From IMG/VR virus record IMGVR_UViG_3300045988_128868, positions 1 to 38,916 of that record: a stretch of 38,916 nucleotides of DNA. The stretch is one strand, 5' to 3'. The position numbers and the translations under genes are program-made. Source of the stretch: a virus. Below, piece by piece: positions 15,455 through 24,858 of this stretch (within the stretch, counting starts at the first letter, position 1; each line of letters begins with the position of its first letter). Under the pieces are notes generated by a model. It was not told the origin of the DNA and searched no databases. It worked only from the letters and a program-made list of their open reading frames with translations.

Positions 15455-15829
15455 ATGCGTGAGATACTTTTCCGTGGCAAAGGCGATAAAAAATATAATG
15501 GTGGTATGTGGTATTTCGGTGTGCCTATTCGCTGTTATGACGGCGACTGGCAGATTTGCACCGATAATAGCAAAAGGACGGTAATCCCTGAAACGATAGG
15601 GCAGTACACAGGTCTTAAAGATAAAAACGGCACAAAGATTTTTGAGGGCGATATTGTTTTGTTGAAAGGCGATGAGGAGCCTTATCAAGTCGCTTTTGAT
15701 GAATCCTGTTTTCAAGTTTATGGCAACAGTATTTGCTATGTTATGGATAACTTTTACGACCACGATATAGAGGTCATCGGTAATATCTATGATAACCCCG
15801 AGCTATTGGAAGGTGATGGCAGTGCCTGA
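15455..15829 (+). CDS. YopX-family protein
   Basis: MREILFRGK..., GQYTGLKDKNGTKIFEGDIV and EVIGNIYDNPELLE are hallmark YopX blocks. Confidence 0.85.
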   Translation: MREILFRGKGDKKYNGGMWYFGVPIRCYDGDWQICTDNSKRTVIPETIGQYTGLKDKNGTKIFEGDIVLLKGDEEPYQVAFDESCFQVYGNSICYVMDNFYDHDIEVIGNIYDNPELLEGDGSA

Positions 15830-15830
15830 G

Positions 15831-15959
15831 ATGTGTCCGGATGAGCATTGTGTGTTTCTCGTCCAGACCGGCGGAGAAAAGCCTTTGTGCCCGTTTTGGC
15901 ATTGTCTGAAGCCGGAGATTGAAAAGCACGACAAAACCCGAGAGGAGGCTGTTAAATGA
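15831..15959 (+). CDS. Small Cys-containing hypothetical protein (42 aa)
   Basis: Translation is MCPDEHCVFLVQTGGEKPLCPFWHCLKPEIEKHDKTREEAVK. It fills the gap and has an ATGA overlap with the next gene. The RBS is weak. Confidence 0.35.
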   Translation: MCPDEHCVFLVQTGGEKPLCPFWHCLKPEIEKHDKTREEAVK

Positions 15960-16354
15960 CGCTTAAAGAGTTGTCGCAGCTGTACTACCTTGACAAGGAG
16001 ATAGAGCTTGACCGTGAGAGGCTTGCGGAACTGCGGGCAAATTTGCTCTGCCCGAGGTCGCCGAACTACGACGGTATGCCGCATAGCCCGAACCCTGAGC
16101 CTGCGCTTGAACGCTGCATAGCGGAGATAACGGATCTCGAAGCTATAATCCAGGCTAAAATCGAGCAGCGCATATATGAGCGCAGCCGACTTGAGCGCTA
16201 CATATCAGATATTCCCGACAGCCTGACCCGGCAGATATTCACGCTGCGCTTTATCGAGGGACTGACATGGGAAGATGTGGCGGCAAAGACTGGCGGTAAT
16301 AACACCGCTAAGAATTGTAGCAATATTTGCTATCGCTATATTCGGCAAAGTTGA
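15956..16354 (+). CDS. DUF1492 / sigma-70 region-4-like putative late-gene regulator
   Basis: 132 aa. The pattern LSQLYYLDKEIELDRERLAELR...SPNYDGMPHS...ITDLEAII...RQIFTLRFIEGLTWEDVA is visible. The gene lies immediately upstream of terS. Confidence 0.7.
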   Translation: MTLKELSQLYYLDKEIELDRERLAELRANLLCPRSPNYDGMPHSPNPEPALERCIAEITDLEAIIQAKIEQRIYERSRLERYISDIPDSLTRQIFTLRFIEGLTWEDVAAKTGGNNTAKNCSNICYRYIRQS

Positions 16355-16388
16355 GGACAATGAGGAATTCATTTCTGTTAGCATTAGG

Positions 16389-16425
16389 ATGAAGAATGTT
16401 ACCGATATTCTATTCTTCATTTTTA
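16389..16425 (+). terminator. Intrinsic terminator-like hairpin 1 upstream of terS
   Basis: The stem pairs ATGAAGAAT with ATTCTTCAT (9 bp) around a 14-nt loop, followed by TTTTTAT. Confidence 0.5.
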
Positions 16426-16446
16426 TGTCCCCTTTCACACACGCCT

Positions 16447-16478
16447 GCCCCGCGGCGTCATAAATAGCGGGGCTTTTG
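16447..16478 (+). terminator. Intrinsic terminator-like hairpin 2 upstream of terS
   Basis: The stem pairs GCCCCGC with GCGGGGC (7 bp, GC-rich) around a 13-nt loop, followed by TTTTG. The terS RBS follows within 20 nt. Confidence 0.55.
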
Positions 16479-16505
16479 ATTTACGACAAGAACGGAGGTG
16501 AACCC

Positions 16506-16943
16506 ATGACCGACAAGCAAAGGCGGTTTGCAGATGAGTACATCATCGACTGCAACGCGACAAGAGCATACAAGGCTGCTTATCCACGGATAAAATCGGA
16601 TGATGCTGCGAGAGCCAATGCGTCAAGGCTGCTAACAAATGCTAATGTTAAAGCCTACATCGAAGCAAAACTCGATGAGCTGAGCTCGAAAAAGATAGCC
16701 GACGCGCAGGAGGTCATGGAGTACCTCACCGCCGTGATGCGCGGAGACAGCACGGCGAGCGTCGTTGTTGTGGAAGGTCAAGGTGACGGCTGCTCGGCGG
16801 CAAAGGTGCTGAATAAGCCGCCGGACGAAAAGGAGCGTCTGAAGGCTGCGGAGCTGCTTGGCAAGCGTTTCAGCCTGTTTAAGGATGGAATTGAAGTCTC
16901 CGTCAACGCGCCGCAGATTATCGACGATATAGGGGGCGGCTAA
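16506..16943 (+). CDS. terS: Terminase small subunit (Terminase_2 type)
   Basis: MTDKQRRFADEYIIDCNATRAYKAAYP...NASRLLTNANVKAYIE. A GGAGG RBS is present. Confidence 0.9.
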   Translation: MTDKQRRFADEYIIDCNATRAYKAAYPRIKSDDAARANASRLLTNANVKAYIEAKLDELSSKKIADAQEVMEYLTAVMRGDSTASVVVVEGQGDGCSAAKVLNKPPDEKERLKAAELLGKRFSLFKDGIEVSVNAPQIIDDIGGG

Positions 16944-16944
16944 C

Positions 16945-18177
16945 ATGGCCGTCAGGCTTACTGACATAATCGCGCCGTCGTTTTATGAGGTGCATCGCGA
17001 TGTGTGTGCTGGGCAGCATACGCACTATGTGCTTAAAGGCGGGCGCGGAAGCACGAAGAGCAGCTATATATCGCTTGAAATTGTCTGCGGCATCATTAAA
17101 AACCCTGACGCGCACGCGATCGTGTTCCGCAAAATTGCAGACACGCTGCGGGACAGTGTTTTTGCACAAATGCTGTGGGCTATTGATAAACTGGGCGTGT
17201 CGCAGTATTTTAAAGCGACGGTCAGTCCGATGAAAATCACATATCTGCCGAGCGGGCAAACGATTATGTTTCGAGGTCTTGACGATCCGATGAAAGTCAA
17301 GTCCATAAAAATCCCGTTCGGCTATTTTCGTTATATCTGGTTCGAGGAATGGAATCAGTTTTCCGGGATGCGGGAAACCGATAATGTGCTGCAGTCGGTC
17401 ATGCGCGGCGGCAGTAAATTCGATGTTTTTTATTCGTACAATCCCCCTGAGTCGCTGCGGGCGTGGGTGAATGATGAGGTGCGCGTAGAGCGCGCCGACC
17501 GCCTGGTACATCACAGCACATATTTGACTGTGCCGCAGGACTGGATAGGCGCGCCGCTGCTGTTGGAGGCGGAGCACCTGAAACAGCACTCACCGGAACG
17601 ATATAGGCACGAGTTCCTCGGTGAAGTCACCGGCACGGGCGGCGAGGTATTCCGGAACATCAGTATCCGACCCATCAGCAATGAAGAGATTGCGCGGTTT
17701 GACCATATCAGGCGCGGCATAGACTGGGGCTATGCGGTTGACCCGTTTGTTTTTATATCGTGCAACTATGACAAGCCGCGCAGGCGGCTGTACATATACG
17801 ACGAGATATACGCGGCGGGCATGAGCAACAGACTTGCCGCCGACCGTATAAAATCTCGTGGAGTTGCCGGCGAAATTATCGCAGACTCCGCTGAACCGAA
17901 GTCTATAGCGGATATGTATGAATACGGTCTGAGAGTCAGAGGCGCACGCAAGGGTCCGGACAGCGTGAAGCACGGCATAGAATGGTTGCGCGACCTCGAC
18001 GAAATAATAATAGATCCCGCCCGCTGTCCAAACGCGGCGCGGGAATTTTCATCGTATGAGCTCGAACGAGATAAGGACGGCAATTATAAGGCGAACTATC
18101 CCGATAGAGACAACCACACGATTGACGCCACGCGCTACGCCACCGAGAACGACCAGCAGAATGTGAGGGTAACTTAA
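16945..18177 (+). CDS. terL: Terminase large subunit (PBSX/Terminase_3 type)
   Basis: 410 aa. Walker A-like motif is LKGGRGSTKSS. The nuclease half carries DWGY...DP and DxxRY motifs. Confidence 0.92.
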   Translation: MAVRLTDIIAPSFYEVHRDVCAGQHTHYVLKGGRGSTKSSYISLEIVCGIIKNPDAHAIVFRKIADTLRDSVFAQMLWAIDKLGVSQYFKATVSPMKITYLPSGQTIMFRGLDDPMKVKSIKIPFGYFRYIWFEEWNQFSGMRETDNVLQSVMRGGSKFDVFYSYNPPESLRAWVNDEVRVERADRLVHHSTYLTVPQDWIGAPLLLEAEHLKQHSPERYRHEFLGEVTGTGGEVFRNISIRPISNEEIARFDHIRRGIDWGYAVDPFVFISCNYDKPRRRLYIYDEIYAAGMSNRLAADRIKSRGVAGEIIADSAEPKSIADMYEYGLRVRGARKGPDSVKHGIEWLRDLDEIIIDPARCPNAAREFSSYELERDKDGNYKANYPDRDNHTIDATRYATENDQQNVRVT

Positions 18178-19712
18178 TGATTAACAATATGGACTTGATA
18201 AGAGAAAAGCTCGCGTATCACCATACGGCTACGGACGATGAGATTATCAAAACCGTGCTTAAAAATGCGCGGGAAGACCCGGAGTATCTGGCGGCATGCG
18301 AGGGACTCCGATATTATCGCGGTATGCAGGACATTCTTCAGAAAGATTTTCGCGAGACGGTTGTCTACGAAGAAGACGAAAACAGCCCGGCGGGCATAAA
18401 GCGCGGCGGCGTTAAGATAATCAATGAAAACAATTCGAATCACCACAATGTGCATAATTTCCATGCGCTGATGGTCGATCAGAAAGTCGCGTACATTCTC
18501 GGCAAGCCGCTTTCCGTCTCCGTCGAGGGTGCAAATGATGGAGCGGGCAGTGTGGATGAAAGCCTGAAAGCTTTTGAGGACGCTGTCACCGCAGTGACCT
18601 CAGACGAGGCTTTTGTGGACATGCTCCCCGACCTCGCGACAAATGCGTCGAATTGTATCGTCGGATGGCTGCATGTCTATTACTCGGCAGCCGGCAAGCT
18701 TTGTTTTGTTGTTATCCCGACGACAGAATGTATTGCCTGCCGCGATATGAGTTATCAGCAGGTGATTACCGACTTTTTCCGCCACTATAAAATAACCGTC
18801 GTGCAAAACGGCACAGAGACGGAGCGGGAGCGGGTAGAGTGGTGGACTGCGACAGGGGTAAAACGCTATGTCGAAAACGATGCCGGAGAGTTTGTGCTCG
18901 AAAGCAACAGCCCGCACTGGTATAACGAGCAGATAATCAACGATGAGCGCGTCTCGGTTGAGGCGAAATCGTGGGGAAGAATCCCGTTTGTTCCGCTTTA
19001 TAACAACTCTGCGCATCAGACCGACCTTTCGCGAATCAAAGGTCTGCTTGACGCATATAACCTGATATCTTCTGCGTCGACGAATAATCAGATAGATCTC
19101 GTCGAGCTCTATTGGATGATACAGGGATACGGCGGCGAGACCGCAAAAGCGATACAGCAGAAGCTGCAGATAAACAAGGCGGTGTCAATAAGCGATCCGT
19201 CCGGCAAGATAAGCGCGGAGCAGGTCACACTTAATGTCACCGAGCGCCTCGCCTGGCTCGATATGCTGCGCCGGGACATATATCATATTGGACGCGGCAT
19301 TGATATGAACGATGAAAAGCTCGGCAGCGCGCCGTCAGGCGTCAGTCTGAAATTCCGCTACACCCTGCTTGACCTTAAGGCTGACCCGCTTGTCTCAAAG
19401 TTAAAGGTCATGCTGAAAGAGCTGTCATGGTTTATTACGCAGGACATTAACCTGAAGAACGGTACTGACTATGACTATACACTTATCAAATACGATGTCC
19501 ACAAGTCGATGATAGTCAATGACGCGGAGACGGTGGATATAATTCAGAAGTCGCAGGGGCTTGTGCCCGATAAGATGCTTTTAGCAAAGCACCCGTTTGT
19601 TGACGATGTCGCGCAGGCGTATGAGGAGCTGCAGAAGCAGCGCGAGGAAAACGCAAAGATGTTTATCGGCGACGATGACGACAAGGACGATTCCGAAAAG
19701 GATGATGAATAA
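18177..19712 (+). CDS. Portal protein (SPP1 gp6-like)
   Basis: 511 aa, positioned after terL with a TAATG overlap and an acidic C-terminus. Confidence 0.85.
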   Translation: MINNMDLIREKLAYHHTATDDEIIKTVLKNAREDPEYLAACEGLRYYRGMQDILQKDFRETVVYEEDENSPAGIKRGGVKIINENNSNHHNVHNFHALMVDQKVAYILGKPLSVSVEGANDGAGSVDESLKAFEDAVTAVTSDEAFVDMLPDLATNASNCIVGWLHVYYSAAGKLCFVVIPTTECIACRDMSYQQVITDFFRHYKITVVQNGTETERERVEWWTATGVKRYVENDAGEFVLESNSPHWYNEQIINDERVSVEAKSWGRIPFVPLYNNSAHQTDLSRIKGLLDAYNLISSASTNNQIDLVELYWMIQGYGGETAKAIQQKLQINKAVSISDPSGKISAEQVTLNVTERLAWLDMLRRDIYHIGRGIDMNDEKLGSAPSGVSLKFRYTLLDLKADPLVSKLKVMLKELSWFITQDINLKNGTDYDYTLIKYDVHKSMIVNDAETVDIIQKSQGLVPDKMLLAKHPFVDDVAQAYEELQKQREENAKMFIGDDDDKDDSEKDDE

Positions 19713-21451
19713 TGCGCTCTGATCTCTATTGGGAGGAGCGGGCACTGCAGCGCGAGGAATATGCCCGACGTGCCTCGACGCGGGCTATAAAGACAAAAAC
19801 GGTCAAGTTATACGCCAAGGCGCAGAAGGACCTCGACGCCCGCATAAATCGGATATTTTCGCGTTATGCGGCAAATGGTGAATTGACGCCGGAAGAAGCT
19901 CGTCGGATGTTGAACACCAAAGAAGCGGAAGCGGAATTGGAAGCACTGCGCAAAGAGCTCAATAACATAAAAGACCCGGTCATAAAGAGAAAAGCACTTG
20001 CTCGTCTCAATGCGCCGGCATACGCCGCGAGGATAAACCGCCTTGAGGCTTTGAAAGCCAATATCGAGACGGAAACGGCATTGCTTGCCGACCGGGAGAA
20101 GCGGGAGCTCAAGCGGCTGTTTGAAGACGTGAGCGGGGATACATACTATCGCAGTATATATGACACGCAGATCGGTACGGGATTAGGCTTTGAGTTCTCA
20201 GCCCTGCCGAAAGGTTCCGTAAACACCATAGTAAATGACCGATGGAAAGGTGCGAATTTTTCCGACCGCATCTGGCAGAACACATCCGCGCTTGCCAACA
20301 GCGCATACGGTATTGTGACGCGTGGAATTATGACGGGAGCGGGTCCGCAGGTAATGGCGCGCCAGCTCGCCGAAGCTATGCAGTCCGGAATGTATAACTC
20401 GATGCGGCTGATACGCACCGAGACTAACCGTGTGCACAACGCTGCTGAAAAAGCGGCATACGAAGAGGAAGGCATAACGGAATATAGATTCCTCGCCACT
20501 CTTGACGGGTGCACCTGCGATGTCTGCGGCGCTTTGGACGGCAAGACTTTTCCGGTCTCCGAAGCGAAGGAGGGCATAAACTATCCGCCGCTTCATCCGA
20601 ACGACCGCTGCACCACAACGGCAGTCATAGAGGGACAAAACCGAGCCGAACTCAAACGCAGGGCATTGGATCCCGAGACCGGGAAAACGGTGCTTATTCC
20701 GGCAGAAACGACATATGAAGAGTGGCTTGCGGATAATATAAATCCTCTTACCGGGAAGCTTAAATATTATCCGCCCAGGACTTTGACACAAGTGTCCTCC
20801 TACAATAGAGATCAGTTCGAACGGTATTCGGCAGTCTTAAAAGAAAACGTGCCGGATTCTCTTGATGAATTCTTAAAAATAAAGTATAATGATCCTGAGA
20901 AGTGGAAGACGCTCAAGAGGCAATACCGCTTGGTGAATCAATACAAGATAGATTCAGGCAATTTATCTACTGATGAAATCTTACGGTTTGATAAAAAGGT
21001 TATTTATGAAAAAAGACTCCAGTTCACGAGCAAATACAAAAGAAGCGGAAACATTGCCGGAGCATATATCGATGATGATTTTGACAATATGTACTATGCA
21101 CATAGTGCAGTATCTACAAAAGCAGATAGCAGTGGGTATAAAGGAACTGGAAAATTGGTCTTACTAAAAGAGGCACGACGTTTTAAATATATTGCTGTTC
21201 GCCGAGAGGATGGAACGATAAGAGAAGGAACCCACAATGATACTGAGGCAAAGCTTTTTGAGTTCTTTGCTGATTTGTATGAAACAACCCCCTTTAAAAA
21301 GATATGTATGCTTTCCGAACGTGGAATGTGTGATAGCTGTAAAGGGGTGATGCAGCAATTTAAAGAACTATACCCGGATGTTGAAGTGAATGTTATCTCA
21401 AACAAAAGGGTTGAAGGCAATGTTTGGAAAGAAAGGGTGAGAAAAAGATGA
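19712..21451 (+). CDS. MuF/SPP1 gp7-like minor head protein fused to a deaminase-like polymorphic-toxin C-terminal domain
   Basis: 579 aa. The MuF core is RTETNRVHNAA...ATLDGCTCDVCGALDGKTF...PPLHPNDRCT. The C-terminal ~150 aa carry HNDTEAK (H/DxE) and CDSC (CxxC) 28 aa apart. GC falls from about 57% to 30-43% after roughly nt 20790. Confidence 0.8.
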   Translation: MRSDLYWEERALQREEYARRASTRAIKTKTVKLYAKAQKDLDARINRIFSRYAANGELTPEEARRMLNTKEAEAELEALRKELNNIKDPVIKRKALARLNAPAYAARINRLEALKANIETETALLADREKRELKRLFEDVSGDTYYRSIYDTQIGTGLGFEFSALPKGSVNTIVNDRWKGANFSDRIWQNTSALANSAYGIVTRGIMTGAGPQVMARQLAEAMQSGMYNSMRLIRTETNRVHNAAEKAAYEEEGITEYRFLATLDGCTCDVCGALDGKTFPVSEAKEGINYPPLHPNDRCTTTAVIEGQNRAELKRRALDPETGKTVLIPAETTYEEWLADNINPLTGKLKYYPPRTLTQVSSYNRDQFERYSAVLKENVPDSLDEFLKIKYNDPEKWKTLKRQYRLVNQYKIDSGNLSTDEILRFDKKVIYEKRLQFTSKYKRSGNIAGAYIDDDFDNMYYAHSAVSTKADSSGYKGTGKLVLLKEARRFKYIAVRREDGTIREGTHNDTEAKLFEFFADLYETTPFKKICMLSERGMCDSCKGVMQQFKELYPDVEVNVISNKRVEGNVWKERVRKR

Positions 21452-21807
21452 AATACGACCTTGATTATCAGGGCGCAACAGAAATTTTTGAAAGTCGTGT
21501 GATTACGAGTATACCGCCAATAACGGGAAGACTTCTCGAAAATTCATATCTTTCGGAGTTCGATCAGGATATCCTTGAAGAAGCCGAACGTCTTAACGCG
21601 GTGCTTCCGCTGATAAAGTGGGAAGTGGACAACGACGACCTCACAGAAGCTATGAGTGATGAGCTCTATCTCTACTATGAGGATTTGCTCAAAGGTCGCC
21701 TCGACGGAATACTGGACGAAGAAGAAGCCCCGATTATCATAAAAGACCTCACCGAGAGCTATATAAAGGCTTTCGGAAAAGATACTCTTGATGAAGAGGA
21801 TCAATAA
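21448..21807 (+). CDS. Acidic small protein, putative cognate immunity protein
   Basis: 119 aa with an ATGA overlap to the toxin-fusion stop (translational coupling). It is highly acidic and is followed by two hairpin terminators. Confidence 0.6.
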   Translation: MKYDLDYQGATEIFESRVITSIPPITGRLLENSYLSEFDQDILEEAERLNAVLPLIKWEVDNDDLTEAMSDELYLYYEDLLKGRLDGILDEEEAPIIIKDLTESYIKAFGKDTLDEEDQ

Positions 21808-21816
21808 TAAATAACA

Positions 21817-21844
21817 AGCCGCCAAGCGAAAGCGAGGCGGTTTT
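21817..21844 (+). terminator. Intrinsic terminator after the immunity-like gene
   Basis: The stem pairs AGCCGCC with GGCGGTT, followed by a T run. Confidence 0.5.
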
Positions 21845-21869
21845 GTCATATCACAACATAATAATTACA

Positions 21870-21902
21870 GCGTTTTGCAGTCAAATGCAAAGCGCTGTTT
21901 TT
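21870..21902 (+). terminator. Second terminator-like hairpin
   Basis: The stem pairs GCGTTTTGCA with TGCAAAGCGC (10 bp, one G-U pair) around a 6-nt loop, followed by TGTTTTT. Confidence 0.5.
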
Positions 21903-21992
21903 ATATCCAAATTTATCCGCCACCCGGAGCAAAATGGTGTCGCGCAGTATTGGGACTGGCCAAGTAAAAAGGGAGCGCGGGAAAGGACAGAC

Positions 21993-22550
21993 ATGGACTG
22001 GCTTAAAGACATTTTAGGCGACGCACACACCGAGGACATCGACAAGAAGATAGCGAGCTATATCGGCAAGAACTTTGTTTCAAAAGCAGATTTTCGCGCC
22101 GAGTCCGACAAGGTCAAGAACCTTGAGGGTCAGATAGCAGAGCGGGACAGTCAGCTTGAAGAGCTCAAAAAGGTTGATACCGCCGGGCTGCAAGCTACGA
22201 TTACACAGCTGCAGAACGAAAACAAGCAGGCTAAGGCTAAGTATGACAGCGATATTGCCGCCATGAAGCTTGACTCCGCTATCGATGCCGCTATTACAGC
22301 CGCCAAAGGCAAGAATGCAAGAGCTATAAAAGCCTTGATAACGCCCGGCAGCGTGAAGCTCGACAAAGACGGCAAGCTCGAGGGCTTTGACGATCAGCTC
22401 AAGGCAATCAGAGAAAGCGACGCCTATCTCTTTGACAAAGTCGAAACCAGACAGAGGGGCGGAGACCCCGACCACGGCGGCGGAGACCCCGAACCGGGCG
22501 AAGCCCCCGAGAACTATGCCGATTATGTGAATTGGCGCAAAAATCAGTAA
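21993..22550 (+). CDS. Scaffolding protein (DUF4355/GP20-like)
   Basis: 185 aa from MDWLKDILGD. It is coiled-coil rich and lies directly upstream of the coat gene. The ORF-track start at 21843 has no RBS. Confidence 0.75.
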   Translation: MDWLKDILGDAHTEDIDKKIASYIGKNFVSKADFRAESDKVKNLEGQIAERDSQLEELKKVDTAGLQATITQLQNENKQAKAKYDSDIAAMKLDSAIDAAITAAKGKNARAIKALITPGSVKLDKDGKLEGFDDQLKAIRESDAYLFDKVETRQRGGDPDHGGGDPEPGEAPENYADYVNWRKNQ

Positions 22551-22568
22551 AAACGGAGGATTTAACAA

Positions 22569-23681
22569 ATGTCAAACAAATTCCTGACTCCTCAGATAGT
22601 CGCGAACGAGGCTCTTATGGTGCTCGAGAACAATCTCGTTGCTGCCGACCTTGTCCACAAGGACTATTCCAAGGAGTTCGCACACGTCGGTGATACTATC
22701 ACCATCCGCAAGCCCGCGAAGTTTTCCGCGAAGAACTTCGTCGGCGAGACCGTAGACCAGAATGTGAACGAGGGCAGCGTCAAGGTGACCCTTGACCATT
22801 TCCGCGATGTCACCGTTCCGGTCACTTCCAAGGAAATGACCCTCGACATCAAGTCATTTTCTGAGCAGATCATATCTCCTGCGGTGCAGGCCATATCCCA
22901 GGCTATCGACAGCGATATTATTGCTGAGGGCATCGCGAATGCCGGCAACACCGTGAGCGGCACCGCGAACGCGACCGACCTCAAGGACATTGCCAACATT
23001 GCCAAGGCGTTTGACCTCAAGGGCGTGCCGATACAGCAGCGCAGACTGCTCGTCAACCCGACGCACAAGTATCGCTATCTGACCACGGAGAACCTCTCAA
23101 AGGTCGCATACGCGGGCAACTCCGACGCCCTGCGTTCGGCGGAGCTCGGCTCTATTTATGGTCTTGACACCTATATGTCGCAGAATGCCCCCGATACCCT
23201 CGCGGCAACTGCGGGTACTGCGACCGCTGCAAAGGTCTCCTGCACCGCCGGCGAGACTAAGGTCGCACTCTCGGATGTCACTGCGACGACCGGCACCTTT
23301 AAAAAGGGCGACGGCTTTATCCTCGACGGCTATCTTTACAGATTTGCCGCCGATGCAACTGCCGCAAGCGGCGCGGTCGCCGAGGTCGCGATAGATCAGC
23401 CTATCCACCGCACTATTGCCTCGGACGCGGCAGTCAAGGTGTATCTCGTCAAAACGACCCACTCCCTCGCGTTCCACCGCAACGGCCTTGCACTCGTCAC
23501 CCGTCAGCTTGAGCTGCCTATGGGCGCGAATAATGCGGCTATTGCATCGAGCAGGAACGGTCTTGCTATCAGAGTCGTATATGATTACGACATCAAGCAC
23601 AAGACCGACCGCGTCAGCTTTGATATCCTGTACGGCGTCAAGACCCTTGACAGCGACATGACCGCAAGGCTGGTGGGCTAA
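22569..23681 (+). CDS. Major capsid protein (P22 coat-like fold family)
   Basis: 370 aa. The N-terminus LTPQIVANEALMVLENNLVAADLVHKDYSKEF..VGDTITIRKP is typical of P22_CoatProtein-type capsid proteins. Confidence 0.85.
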   Translation: MSNKFLTPQIVANEALMVLENNLVAADLVHKDYSKEFAHVGDTITIRKPAKFSAKNFVGETVDQNVNEGSVKVTLDHFRDVTVPVTSKEMTLDIKSFSEQIISPAVQAISQAIDSDIIAEGIANAGNTVSGTANATDLKDIANIAKAFDLKGVPIQQRRLLVNPTHKYRYLTTENLSKVAYAGNSDALRSAELGSIYGLDTYMSQNAPDTLAATAGTATAAKVSCTAGETKVALSDVTATTGTFKKGDGFILDGYLYRFAADATAASGAVAEVAIDQPIHRTIASDAAVKVYLVKTTHSLAFHRNGLALVTRQLELPMGANNAAIASSRNGLAIRVVYDYDIKHKTDRVSFDILYGVKTLDSDMTARLVG

Positions 23682-23682
23682 T

Positions 23683-24036
23683 ATGACGGAGCAGAACAAG
23701 GCCGACCTCATAGCCCGGATGCGCGTGATGTTGGGTAAGGAAATGTCGCTGCCGGCTGCCCGGTATCTGCTGGACAGCGTCGAGTCCAAGGTATTGCGAT
23801 ATACCAAGCGGCGTGAGCTTGTTCCCGGTCTTGATCTGCTTGTGGCAGAGATAGCCGCGCAGCGTTACCGCACGCAGCAGCCGGGCTCTACCGATGCGGC
23901 GCAGACCGTTGCAAGCATAACGGACGGCGACCAGAGCGTGAGCTTTAAGCACAGCGACTCAGACCTCGCCACAACGGCGGAACTGAGCGACAGCGAAAAA
24001 GTGATGCTCAACGAGTGGAGGAGGCTTTTCTGGTGA
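23683..24036 (+). CDS. Head-tail connector (gp6-like)
   Basis: 117 aa. Assigned by position and size. Functional assignment is by synteny. Confidence 0.55.
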   Translation: MTEQNKADLIARMRVMLGKEMSLPAARYLLDSVESKVLRYTKRRELVPGLDLLVAEIAAQRYRTQQPGSTDAAQTVASITDGDQSVSFKHSDSDLATTAELSDSEKVMLNEWRRLFW

Positions 24037-24386
24037 AGATCCCCGACGCCTTCAGACGCGCACAGCGCGCCGTATTTCAAGACAAAGCAGTCGAGCACTA
24101 TAAGGCCGTCAAACAGACGGGAACGCTCGGCAGCGAAACAGTGAAGCCCGCAGAAACACCTGCGGGCTCTTTTACTGTCAACTTCCGGCTTGTTACCGAT
24201 GCTATGCAGGCGCAGGAATGGGGGCTGCAGTGCAACAAAGACGCCACCTTTTCAACATCCGATACGCTCGCTGTCGAGAAGGGCGACTATGTGAAATACG
24301 GTGGCGCTTATTACCGAATCACCGAGATCCAGCCGCACGACAGCCACACGCTGTATCTTTGCAAGGCGGTGAGCCATGAGTATTGA
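24033..24386 (+). CDS. Head closure / head-tail adaptor protein
   Basis: GTG start in a TGGTGA overlap. Assigned by synteny. Confidence 0.5.
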   Translation: MKIPDAFRRAQRAVFQDKAVEHYKAVKQTGTLGSETVKPAETPAGSFTVNFRLVTDAMQAQEWGLQCNKDATFSTSDTLAVEKGDYVKYGGAYYRITEIQPHDSHTLYLCKAVSHEY

Positions 24387-24858
24387 AATTAAGGGTCTCG
24401 GCGAGCTGGCTAAAAAGCTCGCAAAGCTCGGCGGCACTGATACCGCTATTTCAAACGGCACGCGCGAGGCGGCGCGAATAGTCAACAACAGCGCAAAAGA
24501 GTTGTGTCCAGTAGATAACGGCAATTTGCGCGCGTCGCTGCATACCGACTACAAGCGCGAGGGTAGCAAGCATATCGGCAGCGTATTGACCAATGTTGAA
24601 TACGCCGCCTATGTGGAATTCGGTACGGGTCCTAAAGGTAACGGCACATATACTTATGAGCTCCCGGGCGGGATCCATTACAAGGCGGACAAGTGGCGCG
24701 GCAAAATCCCTGGTGTCGGCTGGCGAATGATAAGCGGACAAAAGGCGCAGCCGTATCTCTATCCTGCGCTTATAAACAATCGCGAAGCAATACTCGAGTG
24801 CTATAAGCGCGCGATACAACAGGAAATAAGTCGTAAAGGCGGTCAGAAAAATGGTTGA
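24376..24858 (+). CDS. HK97 gp10-family head-tail joining protein
   Basis: The pattern IKGLGELAKKLAKLG...AKELCPVDNGNLRASL...VEYAAYVEFGTG is visible. Confidence 0.8.
   Translation: MSIEIKGLGELAKKLAKLGGTDTAISNGTREAARIVNNSAKELCPVDNGNLRASLHTDYKREGSKHIGSVLTNVEYAAYVEFGTGPKGNGTYTYELPGGIHYKADKWRGKIPGVGWRMISGQKAQPYLYPALINNREAILECYKRAIQQEISRKGGQKNG

Noticed and set aside
16918-17589. 223-aa minus-strand ORF opposite terL
   Set aside because: The Arg/His-rich translation is typical of antisense frames, and terL on the plus strand is unambiguous.
20198-20791. 197-aa minus-strand ORF opposite the MuF gene; likewise 23097-23807 opposite the capsid gene and 26578-27060 opposite the TMP gene
   Set aside because: All are antisense shadows of confidently identified structural genes, with no translation signals.
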